DNA of 64,000 bases from Idiomarina sp. (GCA_020832105.1 JAFIFH010000071.1:6364-70363); one strand, 5' to 3'; counted from the first letter of the stretch, positions 19,483 to 29,871 are shown. Notes: generated by a model not told the origin, from the sequence alone. Numbers and translations are program-made.

Positions 19483-20337
19483 ATGGCGAACAATTATATG
19501 GTCCACCCTGGCTGGGACCCGATTATTTTTAGCGTGGGACCTGTTGATCTGCGCTGGTATGGCTTGATGTATCTGCTTGGTCTGGCCTTCGCGTGGTGGT
19601 GGGGCAACCGTCAGGCACAGCGCAGTCAGCAGGGCGTTGCGATTGGTAATCAGAGCTGGACCAAGGAGCAGTGGAGTGACCTGTTATTCTGGGGATTTCT
19701 GGCTTTAATTATTGGCGGCCGGGTTGGGTATGTGATTTTTTACCAGTTTGCCGAGTTTACTAGCAATCCATTGTCGCTATTTAATATGAGTTCTGGGGGG
19801 ATGTCTTTTCACGGTGGCCTGCTCGGCGCTATTACCGCGATTGTCCTCTATGCGAAAGTCAAAGGGCGCTCGGTCCTTGCGGTGGGCGACTTCGTTGCGC
19901 CGCTCGTACCAATTGGACTCGGTGCCGGACGCTTAGGTAACTTTATCAATGGTGAGCTCTGGGGGCGTACAACCGATGTGCCCTGGGCGATGATATTCCC
20001 GGCTGCGGGCCCAGACCCACGCCACGCTTCGCAACTGTACCAGGCATTTTTTGAAGGCCTGGTGTTATTTGCGGTGCTTTATCTGTTTACCCGTAAACCG
20101 CGTCAAACCGGCATGGTCAGTGGTCTGTTTTTAGCCTGCTACGGCGCCTTTCGTTTATTTACCGAAGCCTTCCGACAGCCTGATGCCCATTTGGGTTTAC
20201 TTGCCGGACAGTTGTCGATGGGGCAGTGGTTGTCGATCCCTATGCTGCTTGCAGGTATCGCGTTAATGTTAGTGGCCAGTCGCGGTACTTTTACTCCGAC
20301 TAAACGCGACTTTACCCAGCCAGCTAGTAAAAAATAA
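19483..20337 (+). CDS. lgt: Prolipoprotein diacylglyceryl transferase
   Basis: 284 aa: [36 protein letters not shown]. Confidence 0.9.
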   Translation: MANNYMVHPGWDPIIFSVGPVDLRWYGLMYLLGLAFAWWWGNRQAQRSQQGVAIGNQSWTKEQWSDLLFWGFLALIIGGRVGYVIFYQFAEFTSNPLSLFNMSSGGMSFHGGLLGAITAIVLYAKVKGRSVLAVGDFVAPLVPIGLGAGRLGNFINGELWGRTTDVPWAMIFPAAGPDPRHASQLYQAFFEGLVLFAVLYLFTRKPRQTGMVSGLFLACYGAFRLFTEAFRQPDAHLGLLAGQLSMGQWLSIPMLLAGIALMLVASRGTFTPTKRDFTQPASKK

Positions 20338-20357
20338 CTGGATTAGGAGCACCTTCG

Positions 20358-21191
20358 ATGCAGCAATATCTTCAACTTATGCAACACGTGCTTGACCATG
20401 GCACCGACAAATCTGACCGCACCGGTACGGGCACGCGCAGTGTGTTTGGCTACCAGATGCGCTTTGATCTCAGCCAGGGATTTCCTTTGGTCACCACGAA
20501 AAAGTGCCATTTGCGTTCAATCATTCACGAGCTGCTGTGGTTTCTGGCAGGTGATACCAATATTAAGTATCTGCAAGAGAACGGGGTAAATATCTGGAAC
20601 GACTGGGCGACGGAGTCCGGCGAACTAGGCCCGGTATATGGTGCGCAGTGGCGCAATTGGCCCACACCGGATGGTCAGCATATTGATCAAATCAGCGAGT
20701 TGATCACGCAAATCAAGAACAACCCTGACTCACGTCGATTACTGGTAAGTGCCTGGAACCCGGGTGTGCTTCCAGAATCAGGGAAGAGCCCCAATGAAAA
20801 CGCAGCCAATGGTCGGCAGGCGTTGCCACCATGCCATACCATGTTCCAGTTTTATGTGGCCGACGGCAAGCTCTCCTGCCAGCTGTACCAGCGCAGTGCC
20901 GATATCTTCCTCGGTGTGCCCTTCAATATCGCCAGTTATGCACTGCTCACGCTGATGATTGCCCAGGTGTGTGGTCTTGAGCCTGGTGACTTTGTGCATA
21001 CGTTTGGCGATGCGCACCTCTATAGCAATCATTTTGAGCAGGCTAAAGAGCAATTAAGTCGCACACCATATTCGCTGCCCACGATGCGCATAAATCCAGA
21101 AGTAAAAGACTTATTTGCCTTTACCTTCGACGACTTTGAACTGCTTGATTATCAGGCGCACCCGCATATCAAAGCACCCATCGCGGTGTAA
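20358..21191 (+). CDS. thyA: Thymidylate synthase
   Basis: 277 aa: [55 protein letters not shown]. Confidence 0.95.
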   Translation: MQQYLQLMQHVLDHGTDKSDRTGTGTRSVFGYQMRFDLSQGFPLVTTKKCHLRSIIHELLWFLAGDTNIKYLQENGVNIWNDWATESGELGPVYGAQWRNWPTPDGQHIDQISELITQIKNNPDSRRLLVSAWNPGVLPESGKSPNENAANGRQALPPCHTMFQFYVADGKLSCQLYQRSADIFLGVPFNIASYALLTLMIAQVCGLEPGDFVHTFGDAHLYSNHFEQAKEQLSRTPYSLPTMRINPEVKDLFAFTFDDFELLDYQAHPHIKAPIAV

Positions 21192-21218
21192 CACCTACGC
21201 GGTGTTTGGAGTAGCTTA

Positions 21219-22007
21219 ATGGACGATTATCAGCGCCGTTTTGGCGGTATTGAACGGCTTTATGGTGAACGCAATGCGGCATCCATTGCGGCACTGCATA
21301 TCGCGGTGATCGGGGTCGGCGGGGTCGGCTCCTGGGCCGCAGAGGCGTTGGTGCGTACAGGGGTTGGCACAATCACTTTAATCGATATGGACGAAGTTTG
21401 CCTGAGCAATATCAATCGCCAGTCCCATGCGCTGACGGAAACTATCGGCCAAGCAAAAATTGAAGTGCTTGCGGCTCGCCTGCAAAGCATTAACCCTGGG
21501 CTTAAAGTCCACCTGATTGACGACTTTGTCAGCCCGGACAATATCGCTGAATGTCTCGCAGGGCGACCCGATGGCGTGCTCGATGCGATTGACAGTATTG
21601 CTGCAAAAACGGCACTGCTAGCCTGGTGCAAGCGCAACAAGATCCGCATAGTGACCACTGGCGGTGCTGGCGGGCAAATCGACCCGAGCCAAATTCAGGT
21701 GGCCGATGTCGCCAAGGTCATTCAGGATCCGCTGATGGCCAAAGTGCGTTCACAACTGCGCCGCGACTACCATTTCACCACTAACCCCAAACGCAAATTC
21801 GGCATCGATTGCGTCTACTCCACCGAGCAGCTGCGATATCCGGTTGGCGACGGCCGCGTCAGCCACGCAAAACCCGGCACCAATGACACCCCGATGAACT
21901 GCAGCACCGGCTTTGGCGCCTCCATGATGGTCACCGCCAGCTTCGGCCTACAAGCCGCCGCCACCCTCATCCACCGCCTCATCCCCGAACCCAAACCCAC
22001 CGCCTGA
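21219..22007 (+). CDS. tcdA: tRNA threonylcarbamoyladenosine dehydratase TcdA (CsdL, E1-like)
   Basis: 262 aa: RRFGGIERLYG, VIGVGGVGSWAAEALVRTGVG, LIDMDEVCLSNINRQ. Confidence 0.85.
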   Translation: MDDYQRRFGGIERLYGERNAASIAALHIAVIGVGGVGSWAAEALVRTGVGTITLIDMDEVCLSNINRQSHALTETIGQAKIEVLAARLQSINPGLKVHLIDDFVSPDNIAECLAGRPDGVLDAIDSIAAKTALLAWCKRNKIRIVTTGGAGGQIDPSQIQVADVAKVIQDPLMAKVRSQLRRDYHFTTNPKRKFGIDCVYSTEQLRYPVGDGRVSHAKPGTNDTPMNCSTGFGASMMVTASFGLQAAATLIHRLIPEPKPTA

Positions 22008-22027
22008 CGCTTGCGCTGCAGATTTCA

Positions 22028-22219
22028 CCTGCCGTCAGGCCGTGCATGTGGAGGGCTTCCGGGCGCTATGGGTTGGCCTTGCCAGGACGCCGTAAACCCT
22101 TCCCTGGGGGCTCGGCTCGCGCATCCCTGCGCTCGACGCCTGGCAACACCAAACCCATATCGCCCTCGCGCCCTCCGTCCACGATCGTGCAAGGGCAGGT
22201 AAAATCTGCCGACCGATCC
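22028..22219. repeat. Inverted 16-bp repeat pair: GCAGATTTCACCTGCC (22028-22043) and GGCAGGTAAAATCTGC (22204-22219)
   Basis: Hand comparison of the reverse complement gives 15 of 16 matches. Confidence 0.6.
22095..22150 (+). repeat. 56-bp GC-rich repeat unit, copy A (contains hairpin GCGCA-TCCC-TGCGC)
   Basis: GGACGCCGTAAACCCTTCCCTGGGGGCTCGGCTCGCGCATCCCTGCGCTCGACGCC. Its reverse complement aligns with 22437-22492 at about 46 of 56 positions, including a perfect 22-bp core. Confidence 0.7.
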
Positions 22220-22248
22220 ACAGCCTCGCGCCAGTTGCGTAGGTCAGG

Positions 22249-22272
22249 CTCGGCCTGACGCCCAGCGATGAT
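22249..22272. repeat. REP-like hairpin GTAGGTCAGGCT-CG-GCCTGACGCC
   Basis: Stem GTCAGGC/GCCTGAC. 20 of 24 identical to 60036-60059, and the stem differences are compensatory (T-A to G-C). Confidence 0.65.
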
Positions 22273-22436
22273 TAACGTCAAGCGAAACCCTGCGTTTACA
22301 TTCGGAGTAATGGTCTTACTTACGGGGAAAGCTAATGCGGGAGCGGGCGATAGCCTTAAGTGGAAGGGCTGGCTGTAAGTCGAGGTTGATGGCAGGCGCG
22401 TGGGGGACGGCATGTTACCTTGAGGGGGCTTCGAGC

Positions 22437-22492
22437 GCAGGGATGCGCGAGCAGAGCCTACATGGATGTACTTGCGGCGTCCCCATCAAGGT
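22437..22492 (-). repeat. 56-bp GC-rich repeat unit, copy A' (inverted relative to 22095-22150)
   Basis: GGCTTCGAGCGCAGGGATGCGCGAGCAGAGCCTACATGGATGTACTTGCGGCGTCC. See copy A. Confidence 0.7.
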
Positions 22493-22559
22493 ATATGCCG
22501 GCACCCACAGGAGCCTGCCTTAATCACAGCCGGATGCCAGCCCCTTCGGGTGTAAGGGC

Positions 22560-22985
22560 TTAGCAGAAGCGGGCGGCGCTGTGGCGGGCGCGGCGGATGA
22601 TTTGGTAGAGGCCGTTGCTGCGTGAAGGGGCGAGGTGTTTGATCAGGTTGCAGTCTTTGAGCCATTGTTCGACGTCGAAGTGGGTGGCGAAGTGGGCGCT
22701 TTGATTTTGCAGGGGCAGCAGCGCGGCGTAGGTGAGGGCGCTGACCATGCGTGATTCGCTGGCGAAATCGTAGTGCAGCGCGGTGCTGGTGCCACGCACG
22801 TGCAGCCAGACTTTAGCTTCGCAACCCTGTACTCTGTGTGCTTCGTTACACAATTCGGCAGCCAGCACAGGTTGCTGCTTTGCCGCCTGAATCAATACAC
22901 GGTAAATGTCCTGCCAGTTGCGTTGGGCTTGTAAGGCGTCGCGTAAGGCGATGGCGTTGGCTGAAAGTGGAAGCATATGGCTCAT
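22560..22985 (-). CDS. csdE: SufE/CsdE-family sulfur acceptor protein
   Basis: ORF 22560..23048. Start at Met22 (MSHMLPLS). Conserved VQGCEAKVWLHV cysteine loop and C-terminal SRSNGLYQII, as in the SufE/CsdE family. Confidence 0.75.
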   Translation of the reverse strand: MSHMLPLSANAIALRDALQAQRNWQDIYRVLIQAAKQQPVLAAELCNEAHRVQGCEAKVWLHVRGTSTALHYDFASESRMVSALTYAALLPLQNQSAHFATHFDVEQWLKDCNLIKHLAPSRSNGLYQIIRRARHSAARFC

Positions 22986-23170
22986 TGCTGGATAAAGGCT
23001 GCTCAAAGTGAACAAAATGTCGGCGCTGACACTATAAGTTGACAGCAAGTTTATGGAAATTCGCCGATATTATACTCACAAACCTTGTTTGATGCAGGCG
23101 GGTTTTACATAATGCAGCACGGTTCATCGAGAATTATCTGGATCTTTACGACGTAAAGAAGGAAGAAGTT

Positions 23171-23920
23171 ATGAAAATTTTAGTCGCGGTGAAGCGAGTG
23201 ATTGACTACAACGTCAAAGTTCGTGTGAAAGCCGATCAGTCAGATGTTGATCTGGCTAATGTAAAAATGGCGCTGAATCCATTTTGTGAAATTGCTATTG
23301 AAGAAGCAGTGCGCCTGAAAGAGAAAGGCACCGCAGAAGAAGTTGTGGTGGTTTCTATTGGCCCTAAAGCTTGCCAGGAGCAGTTACGCACAGCTATGGC
23401 GCTGGGTGCGGACCGTGCTATCCATGTTGAATCTGACACCATGCCTGACTCGTTGGCAGTGGCTAAGCTACTTAAAGCTGTGGTTGCTGAAGAAAAGCCA
23501 GATATGGTGATTTTAGGTAAGCAGTCGATTGATTCTGATAACAACCAGACCGGCCAAATGCTGGGTGCGCTGACCGGCATGCCACAAGGTACCTTCGCTT
23601 CAGAAGTCGTGGTTAGTGACGGTAAAGTTGATGTGACCCGTGAGGTAGACGGCGGTTTGCAGACGTTGCGTTTAACCCTGCCAGCCATTGTGACCACCGA
23701 TTTGCGTTTGAATGAACCACGCTACGCATCACTACCGAATATTATGAAAGCTAAGCGCAAACCACTGGATGTGAAAAGCCCAGCGGATTTAGGCGTTGAG
23801 ATTGGTAGTAATATTAAACTGGTTAAGGCAGAGCCACCAGCAGAGCGCAGTGCAGGGGTTCGTGTTGCAGATGTGGCAGAACTGGTCGACAAACTTAAGA
23901 ATGAGGCAAAAGTATTATGA
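23171..23920 (+). CDS. etfB: Electron transfer flavoprotein beta subunit
   Basis: 249 aa: [53 protein letters not shown]. Confidence 0.9.
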   Translation: MKILVAVKRVIDYNVKVRVKADQSDVDLANVKMALNPFCEIAIEEAVRLKEKGTAEEVVVVSIGPKACQEQLRTAMALGADRAIHVESDTMPDSLAVAKLLKAVVAEEKPDMVILGKQSIDSDNNQTGQMLGALTGMPQGTFASEVVVSDGKVDVTREVDGGLQTLRLTLPAIVTTDLRLNEPRYASLPNIMKAKRKPLDVKSPADLGVEIGSNIKLVKAEPPAERSAGVRVADVAELVDKLKNEAKVL

Positions 23921-24849
23921 GCATTCTAGTCATTGCCGAACATGACAATAAGACGCTGAATCAAGCGACGTTGAAAACCATTGCCGCGGCCAAACAGGTG
24001 GGTGGTGACATTGACGTACTGGTTGCAGGCCTTAGCGCACAGAGCGTGGCCGATAATGCCGCTCAGGTTGAAGGCGTGCATCGTGTATTGCTGGCTGATA
24101 ACGCAGCATACGAGCATCAGCTAGCCGAAAATATCAGTGAACTGGTGGCGAAAGTTGGCGCAGACTACAGCCATATTTTCGCATCAGCGACCACCACCGG
24201 TAAGAACTTTATGCCGCGGGTTGCTGCATTACTGGATGTCGGTCAAATCTCGGACATTCTGGCAGTAGAAAGTGCGGATACCTTTAGACGCCCAATCTAC
24301 GCGGGCAACGCAATTGCCACCGTGCAAAGTAGCGACAGCATTAAAGTCATCACGGTACGCGGCACTGCATTTGATCCGGTGGCCGACACTGGCGGCAGCG
24401 CTACGGTTGAGCCGATCAGTGATGTCTTCGCCAGCGACAAGGTTGAGTTCGTTGGTGAGCAACTGGCAGCGTCTGAGCGCCCGGACCTGGCCGCCGCACC
24501 GATTGTGGTATCTGGTGGTCGTGGCATGCAAAACGGTGAGAACTTCAAATTACTGGAAAGCCTGGCGGACAAACTGGGCGCAGCTGTAGGTGCTTCGCGC
24601 GCGGCAGTGGACGCTGGATTTGTGCCGAACGATATGCAGGTTGGCCAGACCGGTAAAATTGTTGCCCCGCAACTGTATATCGCGGTGGGAATCAGTGGTG
24701 CGATTCAGCATCTTGCCGGAATGAAAGATTCTAAAGTCATTGTTGCGATTAACAAAGATGAAGAAGCGCCGATTTTTCAGGTCGCAGATTACGGTTTGGT
24801 TGCTGATTTATTTGAAGCACTGCCGGAACTTGAGAAGGCGTTGTCATAA
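23917..24849 (+). CDS. etfA: Electron transfer flavoprotein alpha subunit
   Basis: 310 aa: [45 protein letters not shown]. 4-bp overlap with etfB. Confidence 0.9.
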   Translation: MSILVIAEHDNKTLNQATLKTIAAAKQVGGDIDVLVAGLSAQSVADNAAQVEGVHRVLLADNAAYEHQLAENISELVAKVGADYSHIFASATTTGKNFMPRVAALLDVGQISDILAVESADTFRRPIYAGNAIATVQSSDSIKVITVRGTAFDPVADTGGSATVEPISDVFASDKVEFVGEQLAASERPDLAAAPIVVSGGRGMQNGENFKLLESLADKLGAAVGASRAAVDAGFVPNDMQVGQTGKIVAPQLYIAVGISGAIQHLAGMKDSKVIVAINKDEEAPIFQVADYGLVADLFEALPELEKALS

Positions 24850-24869
24850 ACCGTTACAAGAACTAGTGA

Positions 24870-24900
24870 CAAGCAGGTTGGTCCTCTGCTAACCTGCTTG
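24870..24900 (+). terminator. Hairpin after etfA (10-bp stem, no clear U-tract)
   Basis: CAAGCAGGTT-N11-AACCTGCTTG. Confidence 0.35.
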
Positions 24901-25058
24901 CTATAGTTACAAAAATTAAACGTTTGCAGGATTAATCATCGCCATGTCTCGGTGTCTAAACCGACGATGAAGTCGCAGCGAGTGCTAGTTCAGCAAGTGT
25001 CAACATAACGCCAGGGACTCACACTCACGTGGGGTACGCAGGATAGGTGGCAACAACA

Positions 25059-26897
25059 ATGAAAAGAAAAGCAACTATGATTAAAAAATTACCTCTCGCC
25101 TCTGCGATCGCGTTGGCTATCGCGATACCAGCTCAAGCTGCTGATTTTGATTTAGGTCCATACCGAATCAGTGTTGATTCCACATTGTCGCTGGGTGCCA
25201 CAATGCGTGCTGGAAGCGCTGACTCGCGGGTACTTCATCCAGGCAACTTCGCTGGTGGGCAAGGTCAGTCGGGTGTAGCCGACGACGGTAACCTTAACTA
25301 TGACAGTGGCGATCTGACTTCATTAGTATTCCGTGGTATCCACGATATCGCGATTGACGGCGGTAACCACGGTGCATTTATTCGGTTTAACTACTGGTAT
25401 GACGATGTGCTGGAAAATGCCAACGTTAACCATGGTCACACAGCAACCAATTACACCCCTGACGCGCGTCTGAACACAGATGCGTTTGATGACTATTCGG
25501 CGGGTAAAGGTGTTAATTTACTCGACGCATTCGTCTACACAGGGTTTGACGTTGCTAATCGCCCGGTAGATTTACGGGTCGGCCGCCAGGTGCTGAGTTG
25601 GGGTGAAAGTACCTTTATTCAGAACGGTATCAACTCAATCAACCCTGCGGACGTGAATGCAATTCGTCGTCCTGGCGCAGAAGTTCGTGAAGCACTGCTG
25701 CCGGTTGGTATGGTGTCTGCGTCCATTGGTATCAGCGATAGCTGGAGCATTGACACCTTTGTTGGATTCGAATGGGACAACACCAAGCTTGACGGTTGTG
25801 GTAGCTTTTTCTCTACCGTTGATATCATTGGCGGCCCAGGCTGTGACAAAGTCACCTTGAATCCACAGGTTGCGCCAGGTCGTTTCCTTAGCGATCAGGA
25901 GTCGGTAGAAGCGGGTGCCTATATTACCCGTGCAGCAGATATGGAAGCGAGTGACAGTGGCCAGTGGGGTATTTCAGGTCGTTATTACTCAAACGAACTG
26001 GATACTGAATTTGGTTTCTATTATATCAATGTGCACAACACACAACCTATTATCTCTGCCTACGATTGGATCCAGTCTGCATGGGACGGTCCGGAAGCAT
26101 GGGAAGCTGGTGACATTAGCACTGCTAACGTTGCTGCCTTAGGCCCGCGTTACTTTGTTGAGTGGCCAGAAGACAATCAAATTTACGGTGCCAGCTTCAG
26201 TACCACGTTAGGTACCTGGGCATGGTCCGGTGAAGTCAGCTATCGTCCGAATCAAGCGGTGCAAATTAACACCACTGAAATTCTGGCGGCAGGTTTACAG
26301 CCAGCAGCACCGAGCACCTTCCGTTCACGGATCAACGAAGCACGCCCGGATGGTGAGCCGATGGGTGCCTATGCACGTGGTTTCGAAGAACTGAAAGTGT
26401 ATCAGGCACAGATGACCTTCGTGAACTTTGTGGATCGCCTGTGGGGCTCTCAACGTATGACCTTTATCGGTGAAGTTGGGGTCAACCACGTTGACAACCT
26501 GCCTGGTATTAACGAACAGCGTTTTGGTCGTAACCCGGTGTATGGTAAGTGCTTAACGTCACGCGATCTGGGCCTTGGCCCTGATGGACCGAACCAGAAC
26601 TGTGACGGCTTCGTCACTACCACATCATTTGGTTACCGCACTCGCTTCCAGTTTGAATATGCCAACGTTTGGCGTGGCTGGAACGTGAACCCAGCGGTGG
26701 TCTTTAACCATGACGTGAAAGGTTATTCACCGAACCCTAACTTTATTGAAGGTCGTATCAACGTTGGTTTGTTGGCAGACATGACCTACTCGAGCTCCTA
26801 TCGAGTAAGCCTTGCATACAACTACTACACGGGTGCGGATTACGATCCAGCACAAGACCGTGACCACGTTGGCGTGAACTTCTCGTACAGCTTCTAA
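25059..26897 (+). CDS. DUF1302-family outer-membrane protein
   Basis: ORF 25047..26897. ATG at 25059 or 25077. Signal peptide ending AIPAQA-AD. GRQVLSWGESTFIQNGINSINPADVNAIRRPGAEVREALLP is characteristic of DUF1302. C-terminal ...NFSYSF (aromatic terminal residue). Confidence 0.8.
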   Translation: MKRKATMIKKLPLASAIALAIAIPAQAADFDLGPYRISVDSTLSLGATMRAGSADSRVLHPGNFAGGQGQSGVADDGNLNYDSGDLTSLVFRGIHDIAIDGGNHGAFIRFNYWYDDVLENANVNHGHTATNYTPDARLNTDAFDDYSAGKGVNLLDAFVYTGFDVANRPVDLRVGRQVLSWGESTFIQNGINSINPADVNAIRRPGAEVREALLPVGMVSASIGISDSWSIDTFVGFEWDNTKLDGCGSFFSTVDIIGGPGCDKVTLNPQVAPGRFLSDQESVEAGAYITRAADMEASDSGQWGISGRYYSNELDTEFGFYYINVHNTQPIISAYDWIQSAWDGPEAWEAGDISTANVAALGPRYFVEWPEDNQIYGASFSTTLGTWAWSGEVSYRPNQAVQINTTEILAAGLQPAAPSTFRSRINEARPDGEPMGAYARGFEELKVYQAQMTFVNFVDRLWGSQRMTFIGEVGVNHVDNLPGINEQRFGRNPVYGKCLTSRDLGLGPDGPNQNCDGFVTTTSFGYRTRFQFEYANVWRGWNVNPAVVFNHDVKGYSPNPNFIEGRINVGLLADMTYSSSYRVSLAYNYYTGADYDPAQDRDHVGVNFSYSF

Positions 26898-26953
26898 ATG
26901 GCTTGCGAGCAACGCCCGAATAGGTAGGACGACTGCCCTTGCAGTCAAACAAA

Positions 26954-26976
26954 AGCCAGCTTAAGCTGGCTTTTTT
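26954..26976 (+). terminator. Rho-independent terminator after the DUF1302 gene
   Basis: AGCCAGC-TTAA-GCTGGCT followed by TTTTT. Confidence 0.7.
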
Positions 26977-27006
26977 GTGCGCGAAATATTTGCTTTCCTT
27001 GGGGGA

Positions 27007-29079
27007 ATGATGAAGACATCACTAAGTTATTTAATTGCAGGCACCACCGCACTGTGCGGTTTTGGCGCACTGACCTATAGTCACAGTTCACTGGCTGACG
27101 ATGTGAAACCGCTGCAGTATGACGATGTTTTTATGCTCGAATTTGCCGCTGACCCGCAAATTCATCGCGACGGGGAGCAGGTGATTTTTGTTCGCCGCAG
27201 CCTGGACCGACAAATCGACCGGGTAAGTGGGCGCTTGTGGCAGGTCAATACAGACGGCAGCAACTTGCGCCCGTTGACCCAGGGAGAGGGCAATGAGAGC
27301 GCGCCACGCTGGTCACCTAATTATGATCGCATCGCGTATGTATCCAACACGAGTGGTCAATCGCAAATTCATATTCGCTGGCAGGACACCGGCCACAGTT
27401 CTCCCATATCAACCTTGCAGCACTCACCTGCTAATCTGAGCTGGTCGCCAGATGGCGAATGGCTTGCATTTACCATGTTTAAGCCGCAGCAACGTTCGGC
27501 ACCCGTGCAGTTGCCAGGGCAACCACCAGGCGCTGAGTGGGCAGAGGCGCCCATTTATATCGACAGTGTGCGCTATCGTCAGGACGGTGCAGGGTATTTA
27601 CCGCAAGGTCATAGCCATGTGTACCTCATGCCCGCCGAAGGCGGCACCCCGCGCCAGCTCACTGCAGGCGACTTTGACGTTCGCAGTAACCTGAGCTGGG
27701 CACCAGATGGCAGTGCGTTGTATTTTTCCGCGGACATGAGCAACGACCCCATTGCGAGCCCGGTGAATTCCGGTATCTATCGCCTGACCCTTGAAGACCA
27801 GTCATTGACCAAGCTGACCGACCGTGATGGACCGGACAGCAACCCCAAAGTATCACCAAGCGGCCGTCAAATTGCGTACCTTGGCTATGATGATCGTAAG
27901 CTCGCGCACCAGGCCAATCGTCTCTATGTGATGAATGCAGACGGTTCCAACGTACGCAATATAACCGAAGATCTCGACCGTGCAGTGAGTGACTTTGCTT
28001 GGACTGCCGACGGGCGCGGTATTTATTTTAGTTATGATGATGAAGGGCAGGGGCGCTTAGCATTGCACTCACTGCGTGGCGTTACTGAAACGCTGACTGG
28101 GGGTCTCGGCGGGTTATCCTATAGTCGCCCTTATACGGGTGGGCAGTTCTCGGTGGCTGACAATGGCAACGTGGTGTTCACCCAGATGGCCGCCAACCGG
28201 CCGGCTGAACTGGCGTTGCTGCAGGGCAGTCAGACGCGTCAGATCACTGATTTAAACCGCGATTTCCTGGCTAAACGCACCGTTGGTGAGGTGGAAGAAT
28301 TCTGGTATGACTCCAGCGTTGACGACCAGCGTATTCAGGGCTGGATTATGTATCCGCCGGGCTTCGATGAAAGCGAAAGCTACCCAATGATCCTCGAAAT
28401 CCATGGTGGACCACATACTGCCTATGGCCCCGTATTCGCGATGGAACTGCAGTTGATGGCGGCCCAAGGCTATGTGGTGTTGTATACCAACCCGCGCGGC
28501 AGCACCAGCTATGGAGAGGATTTTGCGAACCTGATTCACCATAATTACCCAAGCCATGATTTCGACGATTTAATGGATGGCGTGGACGCGGTGGTAGAGC
28601 GTGGCTTCATTAACGAAGACGAGCTTTTTGTGATGGGCGGTAGCGGTGGTGGGGTCTTAACCTCTTGGAGTATCGCTCACACCGACCGCTTTGCAGCCGC
28701 TGCGGTCGTCAACCCGGTGATTAACTGGTTTAGCTTTGTCTTGACTGCAGACATGTACCCCTATTTCAGTCAGTACTGGTTCCCAGGGATGCCATGGGAC
28801 CATATCGACCACTACATGCAGTACTCCCCGATTAGCCATGTGGGCAAGGTGAATACGCCGGTGATATTGTTTACCGGTGAAGCGGACCATCGCACACCTA
28901 TCAGCGAAACGGAGCAGTACTATCAGGCACTGCAATTGCGGGGCGTGGAGAGTGCTATGGTGCGGGTGCCTGGTGCGTCGCACGCCTTGCATGCGCGGCC
29001 CAGCAACCTGATGGCGAAGCCGGCCTACGCAGTGTACTGGTTTGAAAAGTATCGCCAAAGCCAGCAAGACGAGGACTAA
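27007..29079 (+). CDS. Secreted S9-family serine peptidase (TolB-like beta-propeller + prolyl oligopeptidase domain)
   Basis: ORF 26977..29079. ATG at 27007 follows GGGGGA. Signal peptide MMKTSLSYLIAGTTALCGFGALTYSHSSLA. WSPDG repeats. Catalytic GGSGGG serine motif, then a downstream GEADHRTP Asp and a C-terminal His. Confidence 0.85.
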   Translation: MMKTSLSYLIAGTTALCGFGALTYSHSSLADDVKPLQYDDVFMLEFAADPQIHRDGEQVIFVRRSLDRQIDRVSGRLWQVNTDGSNLRPLTQGEGNESAPRWSPNYDRIAYVSNTSGQSQIHIRWQDTGHSSPISTLQHSPANLSWSPDGEWLAFTMFKPQQRSAPVQLPGQPPGAEWAEAPIYIDSVRYRQDGAGYLPQGHSHVYLMPAEGGTPRQLTAGDFDVRSNLSWAPDGSALYFSADMSNDPIASPVNSGIYRLTLEDQSLTKLTDRDGPDSNPKVSPSGRQIAYLGYDDRKLAHQANRLYVMNADGSNVRNITEDLDRAVSDFAWTADGRGIYFSYDDEGQGRLALHSLRGVTETLTGGLGGLSYSRPYTGGQFSVADNGNVVFTQMAANRPAELALLQGSQTRQITDLNRDFLAKRTVGEVEEFWYDSSVDDQRIQGWIMYPPGFDESESYPMILEIHGGPHTAYGPVFAMELQLMAAQGYVVLYTNPRGSTSYGEDFANLIHHNYPSHDFDDLMDGVDAVVERGFINEDELFVMGGSGGGVLTSWSIAHTDRFAAAAVVNPVINWFSFVLTADMYPYFSQYWFPGMPWDHIDHYMQYSPISHVGKVNTPVILFTGEADHRTPISETEQYYQALQLRGVESAMVRVPGASHALHARPSNLMAKPAYAVYWFEKYRQSQQDED

Positions 29080-29853
29080 ATGAGCGGTCAACACGCTGAC
29101 GAAGCAGCTGGTGCTGCTTCGGTTTCCTGCCCACACTGGCAAAGCTTGCTGGACCAGCAGCTAGGTGAGGACTACTTTTCACAATTAATCAGTAAAGTAG
29201 CTGCCGCGCGCAGGCAAACCCACGTTTACCCACCGGCAGACCAGGTGTTCGAGGCGTTTAAGTGTACGCCCTGGGCGCAGGTGAAAGTCGTCGTGTTGGG
29301 GCAGGACCCATACCACCAGCCTGGGCAGGCTCATGGTCTGGCCTTTTCAGTGCCAGCAGACGTGAAGGTACCGCCGTCATTGCGCAATATGTATAAAGCT
29401 CTGGCGTATGACGACGAGGACTTCGTGGCACCGCAACATGGTGATTTGCGCAGCTGGGCGCAGCAGGGGGTTTTGTTGCTGAATACGGTACTGACCGTGG
29501 AGGAGGGCAAAGCCCACGCACACGCCAAATTGGGTTGGGAACACTTTACCGATGCGGTGATGACAGCGCTCAATCAGCACCCGCAACCGCTGGTGTTTTT
29601 GTTGTGGGGTAAGCACGCACAGGCCAAAGGCCAGTTCATTACCGACCCGCGGCACCTGAAGTTAACCAGCGTCCACCCCTCGCCATTGTCTGCCCACCGA
29701 GGGTTTTTGACCTGCGGTCACTTTGCCACAGCCAATCAGTTTTTACGCGAACATCAGCGCCCGCCGATCAACTGGCGCTCGGTGTGTGACGCGCCCGATG
29801 CACGTGGAACAGACGCTCAAACACAGCAACGCCAGCAGAAGCTGGCGTTCTAG
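29080..29853 (+). CDS. ung: Uracil-DNA glycosylase
   Basis: 257 aa: VVVLGQDPYHQPGQAHGLAFSV, GVLLLNTVLTV, HPSPLSAHRGF. The ATG directly abuts the peptidase stop (TAAATG). Confidence 0.9.
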   Translation: MSGQHADEAAGAASVSCPHWQSLLDQQLGEDYFSQLISKVAAARRQTHVYPPADQVFEAFKCTPWAQVKVVVLGQDPYHQPGQAHGLAFSVPADVKVPPSLRNMYKALAYDDEDFVAPQHGDLRSWAQQGVLLLNTVLTVEEGKAHAHAKLGWEHFTDAVMTALNQHPQPLVFLLWGKHAQAKGQFITDPRHLKLTSVHPSPLSAHRGFLTCGHFATANQFLREHQRPPINWRSVCDAPDARGTDAQTQQRQQKLAF

Positions 29854-29871
29854 CACTTAAGGTGCGGGCTG

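Noticed and set aside
22011-22523. Four ORFs of 62-115 aa (22011..22202 +, 22046..22258 +, 22066..22413 -, 22335..22523 +) in the tcdA-csdE gap
   Set aside because: They overlap one another in several frames and lie entirely within inverted GC-rich repeat units. Their Pro/Arg/Gly/Ala-rich translations are typical of repeat read-through. None has an RBS or a recognisable motif.
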